Shown here piece after piece: positions 1 to 10,600 of a stretch of DNA of 64,000 nt. Source of the DNA: a virus (taxonomy: Duplodnaviria > Caudoviricetes); IMG/VR virus record IMGVR_UViG_3300009183_004565. One strand, 5' to 3'. Position 1 is the stretch's first letter. The number at the start of each line of letters is the position of its first letter. The position numbers were made by a program, and so were the translations under genes. Under the pieces are notes generated by a model. It saw only the letters and a list, made by a program, of their open reading frames with translations. It made no database searches and was not told the DNA's origin.

Positions 1-324
1 GCATTTGTTGGATGGTTAATTTATCGTATGATTGTTTCCTGGTTAGCTCTTAAAGAACTAGAAAAAAATGTAGACTATGCTGTTGAACTATTAGCAGAAA
101 AGGAAAAATATAAAATGCTAATGTTTGAACAAGTTGAACAAAATGGTCATAATGTTGTTCTTTGCTATGATATTAATAATAACTTCGTTGCACAAGGCGC
201 AACCAAAGAAGAAGTGATCGACCTAGCACGACAGCGTTATCCAAATCAAAATCTTGCCACACATAAAATTGAAGAACTTCAATGGATCAAGCCCAAATCC
301 GAGAAAAACTCAACCAATGGTTAA
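1..324 (+). CDS. Hypothetical protein with N-terminal hydrophobic segment, probably 5'-truncated by the window edge
   Basis: Frame is open from base 1 (AFVGWLIYRMIVSWLAL...), so the ATG at 28 may not be the true start; TAA at 322-324. Confidence 0.6.
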   Translation, partial: AFVGWLIYRMIVSWLALKELEKNVDYAVELLAEKEKYKMLMFEQVEQNGHNVVLCYDINNNFVAQGATKEEVIDLARQRYPNQNLATHKIEELQWIKPKSEKNSTNG

Positions 325-776
325 TCAACTTTGTTGAAAAACCCAATCCGTTATTAAACAACTGGCCTCCTTGTCCGTATGCAAGGAAGTCCAGACTTGA
401 TAATAAAATTCACGTAGTATTTGACAGCCCTTTGGAGATTGCTCGCTATGTCACCTTTCTGGATGATTATGATGTTGTGGTGTTATGTTTTAATCCAGCA
501 GACTATTCCGCTAGTCAGATAGAGCTGTTTACTCGACACATTAACAGTATCTTATTATGGCGAGATTATGTGGTACTCGAAGATCATCCTGATAGTGAAG
601 AAATAGTTTCAGGAATACAAATGAACTTTGGAGAATGTGGACTCATGGTACTACAGCGACTAAGTAAATTAAACGCAGCCGCAAACTCTCTCAATGAAAA
701 AGGTTACTACCACACTTGGTCAAAAGAATCATATAACGACGTTGTTCAATGGCGAAATGACATTCTGCAGAATTAA
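282..776 (+). CDS. Conserved phage hypothetical protein, loosely DUF1415-like
   Basis: 164 aa; W..F.E.P......PPCPYA motif recalls the CPFA motif of DUF1415; overlaps both neighbours in operon fashion. Confidence 0.5.
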   Translation: MDQAQIREKLNQWLINFVEKPNPLLNNWPPCPYARKSRLDNKIHVVFDSPLEIARYVTFLDDYDVVVLCFNPADYSASQIELFTRHINSILLWRDYVVLEDHPDSEEIVSGIQMNFGECGLMVLQRLSKLNAAANSLNEKGYYHTWSKESYNDVVQWRNDILQN

Positions 777-1182
777 CTTGGATGAGACCAATTACGCACT
801 ATCAGACAATTGGAAGTATATCCGTGATCCAGATCTGTATGTACTCAATTTGATTTATAAAAAATACTGTCAATACAAGAAGTTCGCCAGTGTAATGCCT
901 ATTTTCAATTCCCAATACACAGATCCTGCAACAGACATCATAGGATATACACACAACGATAATCTAGTGGCATTTAGTCTTGTCAAACGATACGATTCTT
1001 ATAATGTCGAAAGCATACAGTTTGCATGGGATTATAATAATCCGGAATTAAAACTAGGAATACGCAGCTTAGAAAACGAATGTGCCTTATACAAATTCCG
1101 TGGATTTAAGTTTCTGTATTTGGGTCTAGCACATCCGTACAAATCGCAAATAGCAGGATACGAAGTTCTTGGTCCGTTGTAA
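757..1182 (+). CDS. Ate/Bpt-like (aminoacyl-tRNA-protein transferase C-terminal, GNAT fold) protein
   Basis: LVAFS...FAWDY.NPELKLGIRSLENECALYKFRGFKFLYLG parallels the ATE_C pattern (FYDP....SLG...I..EI..A...G..Y.YLG); ATG 757 chosen over the track start at 694. Confidence 0.55.
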   Translation: MTFCRINLDETNYALSDNWKYIRDPDLYVLNLIYKKYCQYKKFASVMPIFNSQYTDPATDIIGYTHNDNLVAFSLVKRYDSYNVESIQFAWDYNNPELKLGIRSLENECALYKFRGFKFLYLGLAHPYKSQIAGYEVLGPL

Positions 1183-1193
1183 TTGCACAACAC

Positions 1194-1222
1194 TTGACCA
1201 TTAATACTACTTTTGCTATACT
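1194..1222 (+). promoter_or_regulatory. sigma70-type promoter
   Basis: TTGACC (1194-1199), 17 bp spacer, TG-n-TATACT (1217-1222), intergenic. Confidence 0.8.
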
Positions 1223-1251
1223 ATAACTCTGTCAACTTAATTGGAACAACT

Positions 1252-1641
1252 ATGTCAATGCACATGGCACACCCTGCACTTAGCACAACGGGCAAGCGAA
1301 AGGGCAAACAAAAATGGGCTAGTTCTGAGCAAAAGCAGCAAGCTCAAAAACTAGATGCAGAATGGAACGAGCTAATGAAGAAGTGGGGCTCCGAACAGCG
1401 TGAACGCGAACGTACTCGTGGACTTCGTGCAGCCACTTACAAACCCGCAGTCAATCCCCGACTTGCTGAAGCACGTAGTATTCCTAGTCTACCGGACCAG
1501 CATGTAGGTGCTGTAACAGTCAAACAGACTCCACGGTACACCGGAGATAAAATTGTAGGCATTGGTACGATGCATAAATCCAATGCTGTTCCTATCTTTA
1601 GCGATCAAGAAGCTAAAGAGATCTCATCCATGCGGAGATAA
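1252..1641 (+). CDS. Conserved T4-like phage hypothetical protein
   Basis: C-terminal YTG..I.GIGTMHKSNAVPIF motif that I recognise from T4-like phage proteins; ATG 1252 lies downstream of the promoter. Confidence 0.6.
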   Translation: MSMHMAHPALSTTGKRKGKQKWASSEQKQQAQKLDAEWNELMKKWGSEQRERERTRGLRAATYKPAVNPRLAEARSIPSLPDQHVGAVTVKQTPRYTGDKIVGIGTMHKSNAVPIFSDQEAKEISSMRR

Positions 1642-1645
1642 TGTA

Positions 1646-2137
1646 ATGAACAAAAAACTAGCTAAATTAGCATTTTCAAGACACGAATTAAGTAAATCAA
1701 TGACTTTTGAAGATGCATTGGAAATTTTATGGGACAGAAAACTAATAGCTAAAGGAGAAATGGCTGAGCAAGCTCTAGTTAAACAGAGCCACGGAATCTT
1801 AGTAAAACATTCTTATAACAAAAAAGGTAGCGACTATACAGACGGTACAGATAGCAAATATACCGAGGTTTGTTATTATGGTCCTTCGGCTTATGCTACA
1901 CTTGGGGGGTTGAAGAATAAAACCGGCACATTACGTGTAATGGTTTATGAACCAAAAACTAAAAAGAATTACTTCTTTTTAATTCCGCATAAAATTTATG
2001 CAAAGTATGGGGTTAACGGAGATAGCATGAAATTCTGGTTTACTAGAGACGGCCAACCAAGATCTCCTACTAATATTAATGCAGTTAAACCTGATCTTTG
2101 GGAACACAAATGTAGTGTTATGGAATGGGCAAAATAA
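1646..2137 (+). CDS. Hypothetical protein
   Basis: ORF from ATG 1646, directly after the upstream stop; no recognisable motif. Confidence 0.55.
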   Translation: MNKKLAKLAFSRHELSKSMTFEDALEILWDRKLIAKGEMAEQALVKQSHGILVKHSYNKKGSDYTDGTDSKYTEVCYYGPSAYATLGGLKNKTGTLRVMVYEPKTKKNYFFLIPHKIYAKYGVNGDSMKFWFTRDGQPRSPTNINAVKPDLWEHKCSVMEWAK

Positions 2138-2157
2138 ATAGTTTTTTTAAGGAATAT

Positions 2158-2376
2158 GTGAGTAAAGAAGATTTAATTAGACTGACCGGAGTAGTAGATG
2201 AGCTATTACCCAGCGCCATGTTTCGTGTTATATTAGAAAATAACCATCCAATTATTGCTACTATTAGTGGTAGACTACGTAAAAATAATATACGCATATT
2301 AGCAGGTGATAATGTTGAAATAGAAATGAGTCCATACGATTTAAACCGTGGGCGCATAGTGTATCGCAATAAATAG
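2158..2376 (+). CDS. infA: Translation initiation factor IF-1
   Basis: GTG 2158 after AAGGA; MSKEDLI.L.G.V.E.LP...F.V.LEN......ISGR.RKN.IRIL.GD.V..E.SPYDL.RGRI.YR is the IF-1 consensus. Confidence 0.95.
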   Translation: MSKEDLIRLTGVVDELLPSAMFRVILENNHPIIATISGRLRKNNIRILAGDNVEIEMSPYDLNRGRIVYRNK

Positions 2377-2380
2377 CAGT

Positions 2381-2932
2381 ATGCGCGAACTTATTGAATT
2401 AACCGAAGATAAACAAACCCTAGAGCTTAAGAAGCTGCCCTATGCCGAGGGCGGATTGGCTCCAGTTATGAGTCGTACTACAATACAAAATCACTACGGT
2501 AAACTGGCTCGTGGTTATGTTGATCGTTACAACAAGGGTGAGGGCGATGCCGCTTTTAACGAAGCAGGCGCATACTTACACAACATATTCTTCCCACAGC
2601 TTAGAGCACCCAAAAATGGAAACAGCCCATCGGGGGCAAGTCTAGCATTAATTAACAAGCATTTTGGAACTTTCACTGACTTCAAAAAAGAGTTTGCCGA
2701 AGAAGCAATGAAATTACAAGGATCTAATTGGATTTATCTTAGCCGTAACGGGCAAATTAAAACAATTAAAAATCATGCTAAACGCACAGATATTACACTG
2801 TTAGTTGATTGGTGGGAACATGCCTGGGCATTAGACTACGGTACAGACAAGAAAAAGTATTTACAGAATATATGGCGTATTATTAATTGGGAATATGTCA
2901 ATCGCAGAATTTACGCCGGAGATCGAGCATGA
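2381..2932 (+). CDS. Fe/Mn superoxide dismutase
   Basis: LPY..., NHYGK, FN.AG..LHNIFF and DWWEHAW..DY supply the H/H/D/H metal ligands; the metal cannot be determined from sequence alone. Confidence 0.9.
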   Translation: MRELIELTEDKQTLELKKLPYAEGGLAPVMSRTTIQNHYGKLARGYVDRYNKGEGDAAFNEAGAYLHNIFFPQLRAPKNGNSPSGASLALINKHFGTFTDFKKEFAEEAMKLQGSNWIYLSRNGQIKTIKNHAKRTDITLLVDWWEHAWALDYGTDKKKYLQNIWRIINWEYVNRRIYAGDRA

Positions 2933-3255
2933 TAGAACTAAATGAAAGTGCAGTAAGTAAGCTAAAACAGCTTTTCGAAGAAGAGGGAAATCCTAATCTT
3001 AAACTACGTGTATTTGTGCAGGGCGGCGGGTGCTCGGGTATGCAATACGGGTTCACTTTTGATGAAGAGCAAAATGAAGATGATTTTGATGTCAGTGTTG
3101 ATGGGGTAACAATGCTGGTAGATAGCATGAGCGCACAGTATCTGCAAAATGCCAAGATCAAATATACCGAAGATGCAATGGGTTCTAGCTTTAGCATTGA
3201 TAATCCGCAAGCCCAAACCACCTGCGGCTGCGGCAGTAGCTTCAATCCTTATTGA
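2929..3255 (+). CDS. erpA: A-type Fe-S carrier (ErpA/IscA, HesB family)
   Basis: [20 protein letters not shown] and CGCGSSF; ATGA overlap with the SOD stop. Confidence 0.9.
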   Translation: MIELNESAVSKLKQLFEEEGNPNLKLRVFVQGGGCSGMQYGFTFDEEQNEDDFDVSVDGVTMLVDSMSAQYLQNAKIKYTEDAMGSSFSIDNPQAQTTCGCGSSFNPY

Positions 3256-3313
3256 TTTCTCAAAACCCAATCTACTTTAACTGCCATAAATACCTAGTAT
3301 ATTAGGATGATCT

Positions 3314-5782
3314 ATGGCAAAACAAACTGTTGATGTAGGTACTTCGGCTAGCGATGGCACAGGCGATGATCTACGTGTTGCTTTTACAAAAATAAACGAA
3401 AATTTTGATGAACTTTACAGCGGAAACGTAGAAGTTACAGCCGCTAATGTACTAGTTTATTCTGTAGCTGGGCGCACAGGTAACGTTGTATTAACTGTCA
3501 ATGATGTATCCCAGGCAGCAAGCAAGTCATATGTAAACACTTCTATCGCCAGTAATTTAGCCAACGTAACAGGGTCTATTACTAACAGCATCAATGCCAA
3601 TGTAGCTGCTGCAAATGTAGTTATAAGCAATCATTCAGCAAGAATAACCACTCTTGAAAGTAATTCAGCTGCCCAGGCCGCGCAGATTAATAGTTTAGTT
3701 ATAGTCAAAGCGAACGTAAGTTATGTTGATACTAGTATTAACAATGCCCTCGGTAATGCAGCCGTTTCTGTACAGTTTGCACAGATTAATGCAAATGTAA
3801 CTGCTGCAAATGCAGCTATTGCTACCAAAGCAAATGGAACAGCACACACATTCAGCGGTAACGTTACTGCCAATTGGTTACTAGCAAATGTTAACCTTAA
3901 AGTCAAAGATCATATTATAGTAGGCCCTGCTCATGACACTGGCGAAATCTGGGCCAATCCTGCAGGATTGTTTTTTGGCAATACTGCACTTACCGCCAAC
4001 TTGTACAGTGGAAGTCGATATTTCCAATTAAATTTACAAAACGTTGATCCATTGGGATCTGGGGATTTTGTCATAACTGCCGACGACGGTAACGATGCCA
4101 GTAATTTTTTATCAATGGGAGTAGCTGGTAGTAACTATAGTGATCCTGGCTATCCAGAAGTACTACCGCATGAAGGATACATATGGCATACTGGCGGTAA
4201 TTTACTACTGCACACACAAACCAATGCTATAAAATTACAAACACAAGATATTACTAGAGTAGAGATTACCAATGCCGGAGTCGTTAAATTACAATTAGGA
4301 ACTCAAATTCAGTTCTCAGATGGGTCTGTACAAAGTACTGCTTTCGTCGGCAACACAAATGTTGCTCCAATCAATGCTAATGTAACTGCAGCCAATTTGG
4401 CTATCTCAGCATTACAATCTAATGCAGGCACTCAACAAGCAAGTATTAATACTTTATTATCAAATGCCGCTACACAGGCCACAACACTTAACACATTAAC
4501 TGCAAATGCTGCTACCCAAGCCTCAGAATTAAGTACGTTAACTGCAAATGCAATTGTTCAAGACACATTAATTAATAATCTACGTGCAAATATTACAGCC
4601 GCAAATGCAAATGCAGCTACACAATCAACTTTAATATCAGCGTTACAAGCAAACATTATTGCAGCTAATTTGCGAATTGTATCCATTGATGCAAATTTAG
4701 GGTCTCAATCGTTATCCATTGATAACTTGATTTCAAATTCTGCCAGTCAAGGTAGTATTCTAAATACCTTACTTGCTAATGCTGGTAGCCAGGCTTTGAC
4801 ATTAAATACCCTAAGTTCAAATGCAGCAGCGCAGGCTATACTAATTAGTAGCCTAGATACAACTGTTTCTGGGCATACATCAAACATTGTCACACTAACT
4901 GCAAATGCTGCTGTACAAGCAGGAAATATTAATACTCTCCGAGGAAATATAACATCTATAGATGTTACCTTAGGAACACTAACAACTAATGCATCTTCTC
5001 AGCAGGCTAGTATTACTTCATTGACATCAAATGCCGCTACACAGGCTGTAACAATTAATAATTTATATACTCAAAGTAATGCACTTACAACAAATGTAGC
5101 AACGATTTACAATATGGTTAACGTAGGTAATGTTTCTATAACTGAATTATATTCTAATTTGCAATTTACAGCAAATACAGTGGAAGGTGCTATATTCAGG
5201 GCCAATCTTCAGGTACCAACACTTATTGCAAATGCAAACATATTTGTCGGAGAAAGTATACATGTAGGTGCATATCCTCAATTTGATGATGCTAATATCG
5301 CAGCATCGTTCTTGGGGAATATTAATTCAAAGTTTTTTATTGCTTTGCAAAATACTAACACAGGATCAAAGTCCGAGGGTGCAATAAAAATTATTGCCGA
5401 TGATGGCGACACCACAAATAATTATATCAATATTGGTATGTACGGTGAGAATTTCAGTGGAAACTTTGAGCAATCAGGTTTACCTTCATTCCCCCATGAT
5501 GGATATTTTACCACAATAGGAGGAAATGCTGCTGTACGTTCTACTGGTAACGTATATCTGAATGCAAATACATCATTAGTCAGACTTGAAAAAGATGGAG
5601 CTTTTACTTTAATAAATTGTGGATTAAAATTTGATTTAAATGGCAATTCACAAACAATACCGTATATTCCCGGCAGTGAACCGTTTACTGTAGCAAATAT
5701 CAGTAACTGGAATGCGGGAGTTAATACTATATCAGCAGCACTTAATCAACTAGCAGCTAGACTAAAGGCCCTTGGTGGTTAA
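3314..5782 (+). CDS. Virion fibre/baseplate protein with long coiled-coil
   Basis: N-terminal DGTGDDLR.AF.KINENF.ELY (T4 gp9/gp10-type attachment motif); Ala/Asn/Thr-rich 14-residue repeats; TAAATA upstream at 3287-3292. Confidence 0.75.
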   Translation: MAKQTVDVGTSASDGTGDDLRVAFTKINENFDELYSGNVEVTAANVLVYSVAGRTGNVVLTVNDVSQAASKSYVNTSIASNLANVTGSITNSINANVAAANVVISNHSARITTLESNSAAQAAQINSLVIVKANVSYVDTSINNALGNAAVSVQFAQINANVTAANAAIATKANGTAHTFSGNVTANWLLANVNLKVKDHIIVGPAHDTGEIWANPAGLFFGNTALTANLYSGSRYFQLNLQNVDPLGSGDFVITADDGNDASNFLSMGVAGSNYSDPGYPEVLPHEGYIWHTGGNLLLHTQTNAIKLQTQDITRVEITNAGVVKLQLGTQIQFSDGSVQSTAFVGNTNVAPINANVTAANLAISALQSNAGTQQASINTLLSNAATQATTLNTLTANAATQASELSTLTANAIVQDTLINNLRANITAANANAATQSTLISALQANIIAANLRIVSIDANLGSQSLSIDNLISNSASQGSILNTLLANAGSQALTLNTLSSNAAAQAILISSLDTTVSGHTSNIVTLTANAAVQAGNINTLRGNITSIDVTLGTLTTNASSQQASITSLTSNAATQAVTINNLYTQSNALTTNVATIYNMVNVGNVSITELYSNLQFTANTVEGAIFRANLQVPTLIANANIFVGESIHVGAYPQFDDANIAASFLGNINSKFFIALQNTNTGSKSEGAIKIIADDGDTTNNYINIGMYGENFSGNFEQSGLPSFPHDGYFTTIGGNAAVRSTGNVYLNANTSLVRLEKDGAFTLINCGLKFDLNGNSQTIPYIPGSEPFTVANISNWNAGVNTISAALNQLAARLKALGG

Positions 5783-5811
5783 ATGATAACAAAATAATGG
5801 ATTAAAAAAAT

Positions 5812-7695
5812 ATGCCAACATCATTAGTATCTATAGGTTCAGCAGCAAACGACGGGTCCGGTGACCCAATTCGAACAGCATTTGGTACAGTAAACGATAA
5901 TTTTGACCTTATAAATGCAACACTATTTGCAGGAACTGAGTCTAGTATTATTAGTGCAGTTAGCGTTACTGCCGGACAATTGATTTCGAATACATTTATA
6001 TTTGCAAATACCTACGTGAATGCCAATAGTATTGTTGGTAACACAGTGACTAGTAACGGAAACTTATACGTTAGTCAAGGTGGCGGTTATATCATTGGTA
6101 ACTTAACTGTTGTTGGAAATCTAAATGTTACCGGAAGTCAAGCAGCAAGTCAGAGTCAACAGTCCGGATCACCAATTCTTGCATTGCACTATTCTGCAAC
6201 GCCATTAACTATCAATGACGGAACCGATATTGGATTAGAATGGCAATATTACAAAGGCGCACAGAGACTAGGTTTCTTGGGTTGGCAAAATACCACTGGT
6301 ACGCTGGTGTACATGGACAATATCACTGATACTGCAAATGTTATCAGTGGGACCTACGGTAATGTCAGATTTGGTTCTTTACTAATAAGCAATACTACCG
6401 CTGCTACCAGCAATACGTCGGGCGCATTGCAAGTGACCGGTGGTGTTAGTACTCAAGGCAACTTGTATGTACAAGGAAATTTAAGAGCAACATTTGCAAA
6501 TGTGGCAAATTTATCTGTGTCTGGTTATTATGTCGGTAGTTTAAATTTTGCTGGGTCAGATACCATTTACATCAATGGAAGCCCAGTGCAAACAGCAGCT
6601 ACTTCTTTTAACGGTGGTCCTGTTGGATTGGCTACAACATTTAATTCTCTAACACAATCAACTTCAACTTCAACTGGTGCTGTTATTGTGCTAGGTGGGT
6701 TAGGAGTTGCTGGTAATATTTGGTCCGGTAATTTACATACCGCCGCCGGCGGTAATGTTAGAGCAAATGTACAAGGAACTATTTTTACCGTTGCACAACC
6801 TTTCATTACCAGTCTTGGAACGCTAACCAGCCTGTCTGTACAAGGACAAATTAATAGTAGGAATATTGTTCCAGAAACAAATTTAACATACAGTATAGGA
6901 TCAAGTACAAGTACACGATGGGCCAAAATTTGGGCATTTGACACTGACTTTAGTGGTGCAATGACTTTGGCTGGAATATTAACCTCAACTGCAAATATCA
7001 ATATCAACACTACCGGTGCTGCTTCTTTAAGCACAACCACTGCGGTAGCGGAGGTATTTAACACCGGTGCAACCACAGTTCGTATTGGTGGTGGCGGTGT
7101 AACAGAATTTGATAGTAACACTCAGTCAACATCTACAACAACCGGTGCAGTACAAATCATTGGTGGAGTTGGCATTGCAACTGGTAATTTGCACATTGGG
7201 GGCTCCGGTGGACGAGCAATTACTCATGCTGGGGATATTATACCGTCGGCAAATTTGGTTTCTAACTTGGGGTCACCAACTGCCTGGTATAACACATTCT
7301 TTGGAGTGTCAACTCAAGCCAAATATGCTGACTTGGCAGAAAACTATCTGTCAGATTATAATTATGAAACTGGTACTGTTGTTGTATTTGGTGGCGAACA
7401 AGAAATTACAATTACCAATGAATTTGCTGACACTAGAGTAGCCGGAGTTATTTCAACCAATCCTGCTTACTTAATGAATGCTGATCTTGACGGACTGCCA
7501 GTGGCACTACGAGGAAGGGTTCCTGTGAGAGTAACCGGTCCAGTAACAAAAGGTGATCTTTTAGTTACTTCTACCACCGAAGGATATGCAAGGAGTATTG
7601 GCCGAGACAACGGGTATGGTTTAGCTGTATTTGCAAAAAGTCTTGAATCAAATCAGGCCAATGGAACAAAAATAATTGAGGCAGTAATAATATAA
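5812..7695 (+). CDS. Tail fibre protein with C-terminal chaperone/peptidase-like domain
   Basis: N-terminal G..ANDGSGDPIR.AF...N.NF; TGA.xxxGG.G repeats; C-terminal YADLAENY...PAYLMN...PVALRGRVPVRV.G...KGDLLVTS typical of fibre C-terminal chaperone domains. Confidence 0.75.
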   Translation: MPTSLVSIGSAANDGSGDPIRTAFGTVNDNFDLINATLFAGTESSIISAVSVTAGQLISNTFIFANTYVNANSIVGNTVTSNGNLYVSQGGGYIIGNLTVVGNLNVTGSQAASQSQQSGSPILALHYSATPLTINDGTDIGLEWQYYKGAQRLGFLGWQNTTGTLVYMDNITDTANVISGTYGNVRFGSLLISNTTAATSNTSGALQVTGGVSTQGNLYVQGNLRATFANVANLSVSGYYVGSLNFAGSDTIYINGSPVQTAATSFNGGPVGLATTFNSLTQSTSTSTGAVIVLGGLGVAGNIWSGNLHTAAGGNVRANVQGTIFTVAQPFITSLGTLTSLSVQGQINSRNIVPETNLTYSIGSSTSTRWAKIWAFDTDFSGAMTLAGILTSTANININTTGAASLSTTTAVAEVFNTGATTVRIGGGGVTEFDSNTQSTSTTTGAVQIIGGVGIATGNLHIGGSGGRAITHAGDIIPSANLVSNLGSPTAWYNTFFGVSTQAKYADLAENYLSDYNYETGTVVVFGGEQEITITNEFADTRVAGVISTNPAYLMNADLDGLPVALRGRVPVRVTGPVTKGDLLVTSTTEGYARSIGRDNGYGLAVFAKSLESNQANGTKIIEAVII

Positions 7696-10600
7696 TGAGT
7701 GTAATTACTTGGGTAACTGCTAAAGGAAATCTTGGTACTATCCCGGAAACGCAATTCTATTCGTATCAACTTGAAGCAGTTGACAGCGATGAGCAATCTC
7801 TTTTCTATAGTGTTATTTCTGGGGATTTGCCGGGTGGCATGTATGTTAACCGATCCACTGGAGAAGTCCGAGGAACACCCAGTATTCAAAGTACAGTAGC
7901 TCAATCATTGACGTATGCCTTTACAATTAGAGCCACAAATCCCAATGGTGTAGTAGCAGATAGATCTTTTTCTTTAACTGTAAGTAACACTAGCGGTCCA
8001 GAAATTTTTCCTAAACCTGATTTGGTTGGTGCCTGGTTTGATGGTAATTTTTTAGATTATACTTTTCAAGCCATAAACAATAATTCTTCAGCACTACAAA
8101 CATGGTCTATACTATCCGGCGATTTGCCTCCCGGAACCACACTGTCTCCCAACGGAAGACTGTCAGGATATGTGTCGTTAATTGCGGCTAACTCAGACGA
8201 GTTAGGCTATGAAGCCAATGGCATTGATAATAAATCATTTGATATTTTACCCAAGAGTAGAGACAAATATTATAATTTCACTTTGCAAGTGACCGACGGT
8301 GCAAAATATAACACTCTAACTGTTAGAGTTTTGATTGTAAGCAAGGGCAGTTATACTGCCGATAATCTTATTACTGTAATCAATAATACCTTTATCAAGG
8401 TTGATGCAGATAATAAGTATAGACCAATTATTATCAATGCGCCACAAGTGTCAACAATTACAACATTGGGTAATAGTCTACAACGAAACGACACTATCAC
8501 AACAGTGTACGAATATCCCACATTATTGGCCGGGGATACATTTGCCTTTAAGATGATTGCATATGATCCTGAAGAAGCAAGCATATCGTGGAGTGCAGAC
8601 GAATTTCTGTTCAGTGGTCTAGATGAACTAGATGCTGCACAAAGAGATACTTTGATTATTGGTAATGCTACTGTAGGACCATATACACTTAACAGTACTC
8701 CGGCAAGTGCCAACGCAATCTCGGTAAGGATTAACGGACAACTTTTAATACCAATTGACGATTATTCAGTAAGTGGTGCCAATTTAACTTTTTCTCATTA
8801 TGCTATATCTAGTATAAACAGGGTATCAAATCTAGTAACTGTTACTACTGCTTCACATAGTTATACTGCCAATTCTGTAATTAAAGTAGCGAATGTTGCT
8901 AATTCAACTTTCAATGGTACCTTTACTGTTAGTAATGTGACCCCAACGACTATCACATACGTCCAGGTGATAGCCAATGCAAGTGCTTCATCAGGTACTG
9001 TATCCACGTATGCACCAACAATAAACGACGAAATTGAAATTTATTATATAGTAACTGGATCGGCACCAACTGGTACTGGATTTGATACCATTTTATTTGA
9101 TCAAGGCGTCGAAGGATTACCTGCAGGTGTTAGCATTGATACGAATACTGGTTGGCTGTCTGGACAACTTCCTGCCCAAGTCGAAGATGAAAAAATTTAT
9201 AGCTTGACTATCAATGCGTATAGAACTTTAACACCTTCTTATAAAAGCGATCCTGTAACTTTTAGTTTTAAAGCACGAAGAACAATCAATGAAGAAATTT
9301 CATGGAGTACGCCATTTGATTTAGGATATATCAATAACGGATCAATCAGTGAATTGTCAATTGCGGCTACAAACACATTAGGAAAAGAATTAGAGTATAG
9401 TTTAGTATATAATCCGTACAAACGTATACCGCAAGGATTAAAATTACTATCAACTGGACGATTTGTTGGCAGAGTTACGTTTCGATATTTTTCACTGGAT
9501 GGCAGTATAGGTCGAATAAATCTACTATCAACTACAAATATTAACATAGGAATGAGTATTCAGGGAGTTGGAGTTGCGGCTGGCTGTGAAGTAACTGCAA
9601 TCATTGACGATAACCAAATTGAAGTACGTCCGGCCATCTATGTGAGTCAAGGAACAGTTCTTACTTTTAGTGACATTACTACTACAACTGTAGCATCTAC
9701 TAGCTCAAATTCAATTTCTACAGCAATTGACGGAGGTTCTACTACTTTTGATCAAGATTGTTATTTTACTGCCAAGGCTATTGCAATCGACGGTAGTATC
9801 AGCAGTGAGAAAAATTTTGTAATACATATCAGTCAACGCAATCTTGCGCCGTACGAAAATTTATGGCTTAAGGCATTACCATCAAAAGAGCAAAGATTGG
9901 CATACAAGAACTTGATTGAAGATCAAGACCTATTTCCAGAATCAGTACTATACAGACCTGATGATCCTTACTTTGGAATTAGAAAAAGTTTACGTATACA
10001 ATTCTTATCTGGATTAAGTCCTTCTCAGATTGCGACATACACATCTGCCGTTGAGCGTAATCATTATACCAAAGTTATCAATTTTGGAGATATTAAAATC
10101 GCCCGTGCAATAGACGCCAATGGTAATATTGTTTACGAAATAGTATATGTTGATGCAGTAGATACTCAAACGTATGCCACCGCAGGGCCTCCGCTAAGTA
10201 AAGAACTTAATATTGCAAATGGATATTTAATAGGCAATACCGAATATAAAACTATCTATCCGAACAGTTTTACAAATATGCAATATCAAATTGATAATGC
10301 AATTGGATACACCAATAGGGGAGCATTGCCAAGTTGGATGACGTCTGTGCAAGAAAATGGTCAAGTACTTGGCCCAATTAAGGCTATTATATTAGCCTAT
10401 GTTCAACCCGGCGCTGGAAAATTAGTTCAATATAGATTAAAAAATACTCCAAAATTTCCAGCTGGAAATTTTTCTTTTGTAGCTGATAGATATCAGTGGG
10501 AAAACTATCTTTCTAAATTTTATGATGTGGTTAACGCAACATTCTTGCCTAGTAGGGATACTACCTTTGATAAATATCCCAACTTGGGCCAAGGATCTGA

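Noticed and set aside
3293-3306. CCTA/TAGG mini-hairpins over SDs after TAAATA (also at 40018-40028)
   Set aside because: Only 4-5 bp and likely unstable, unlike the 24611 and 58662 cases
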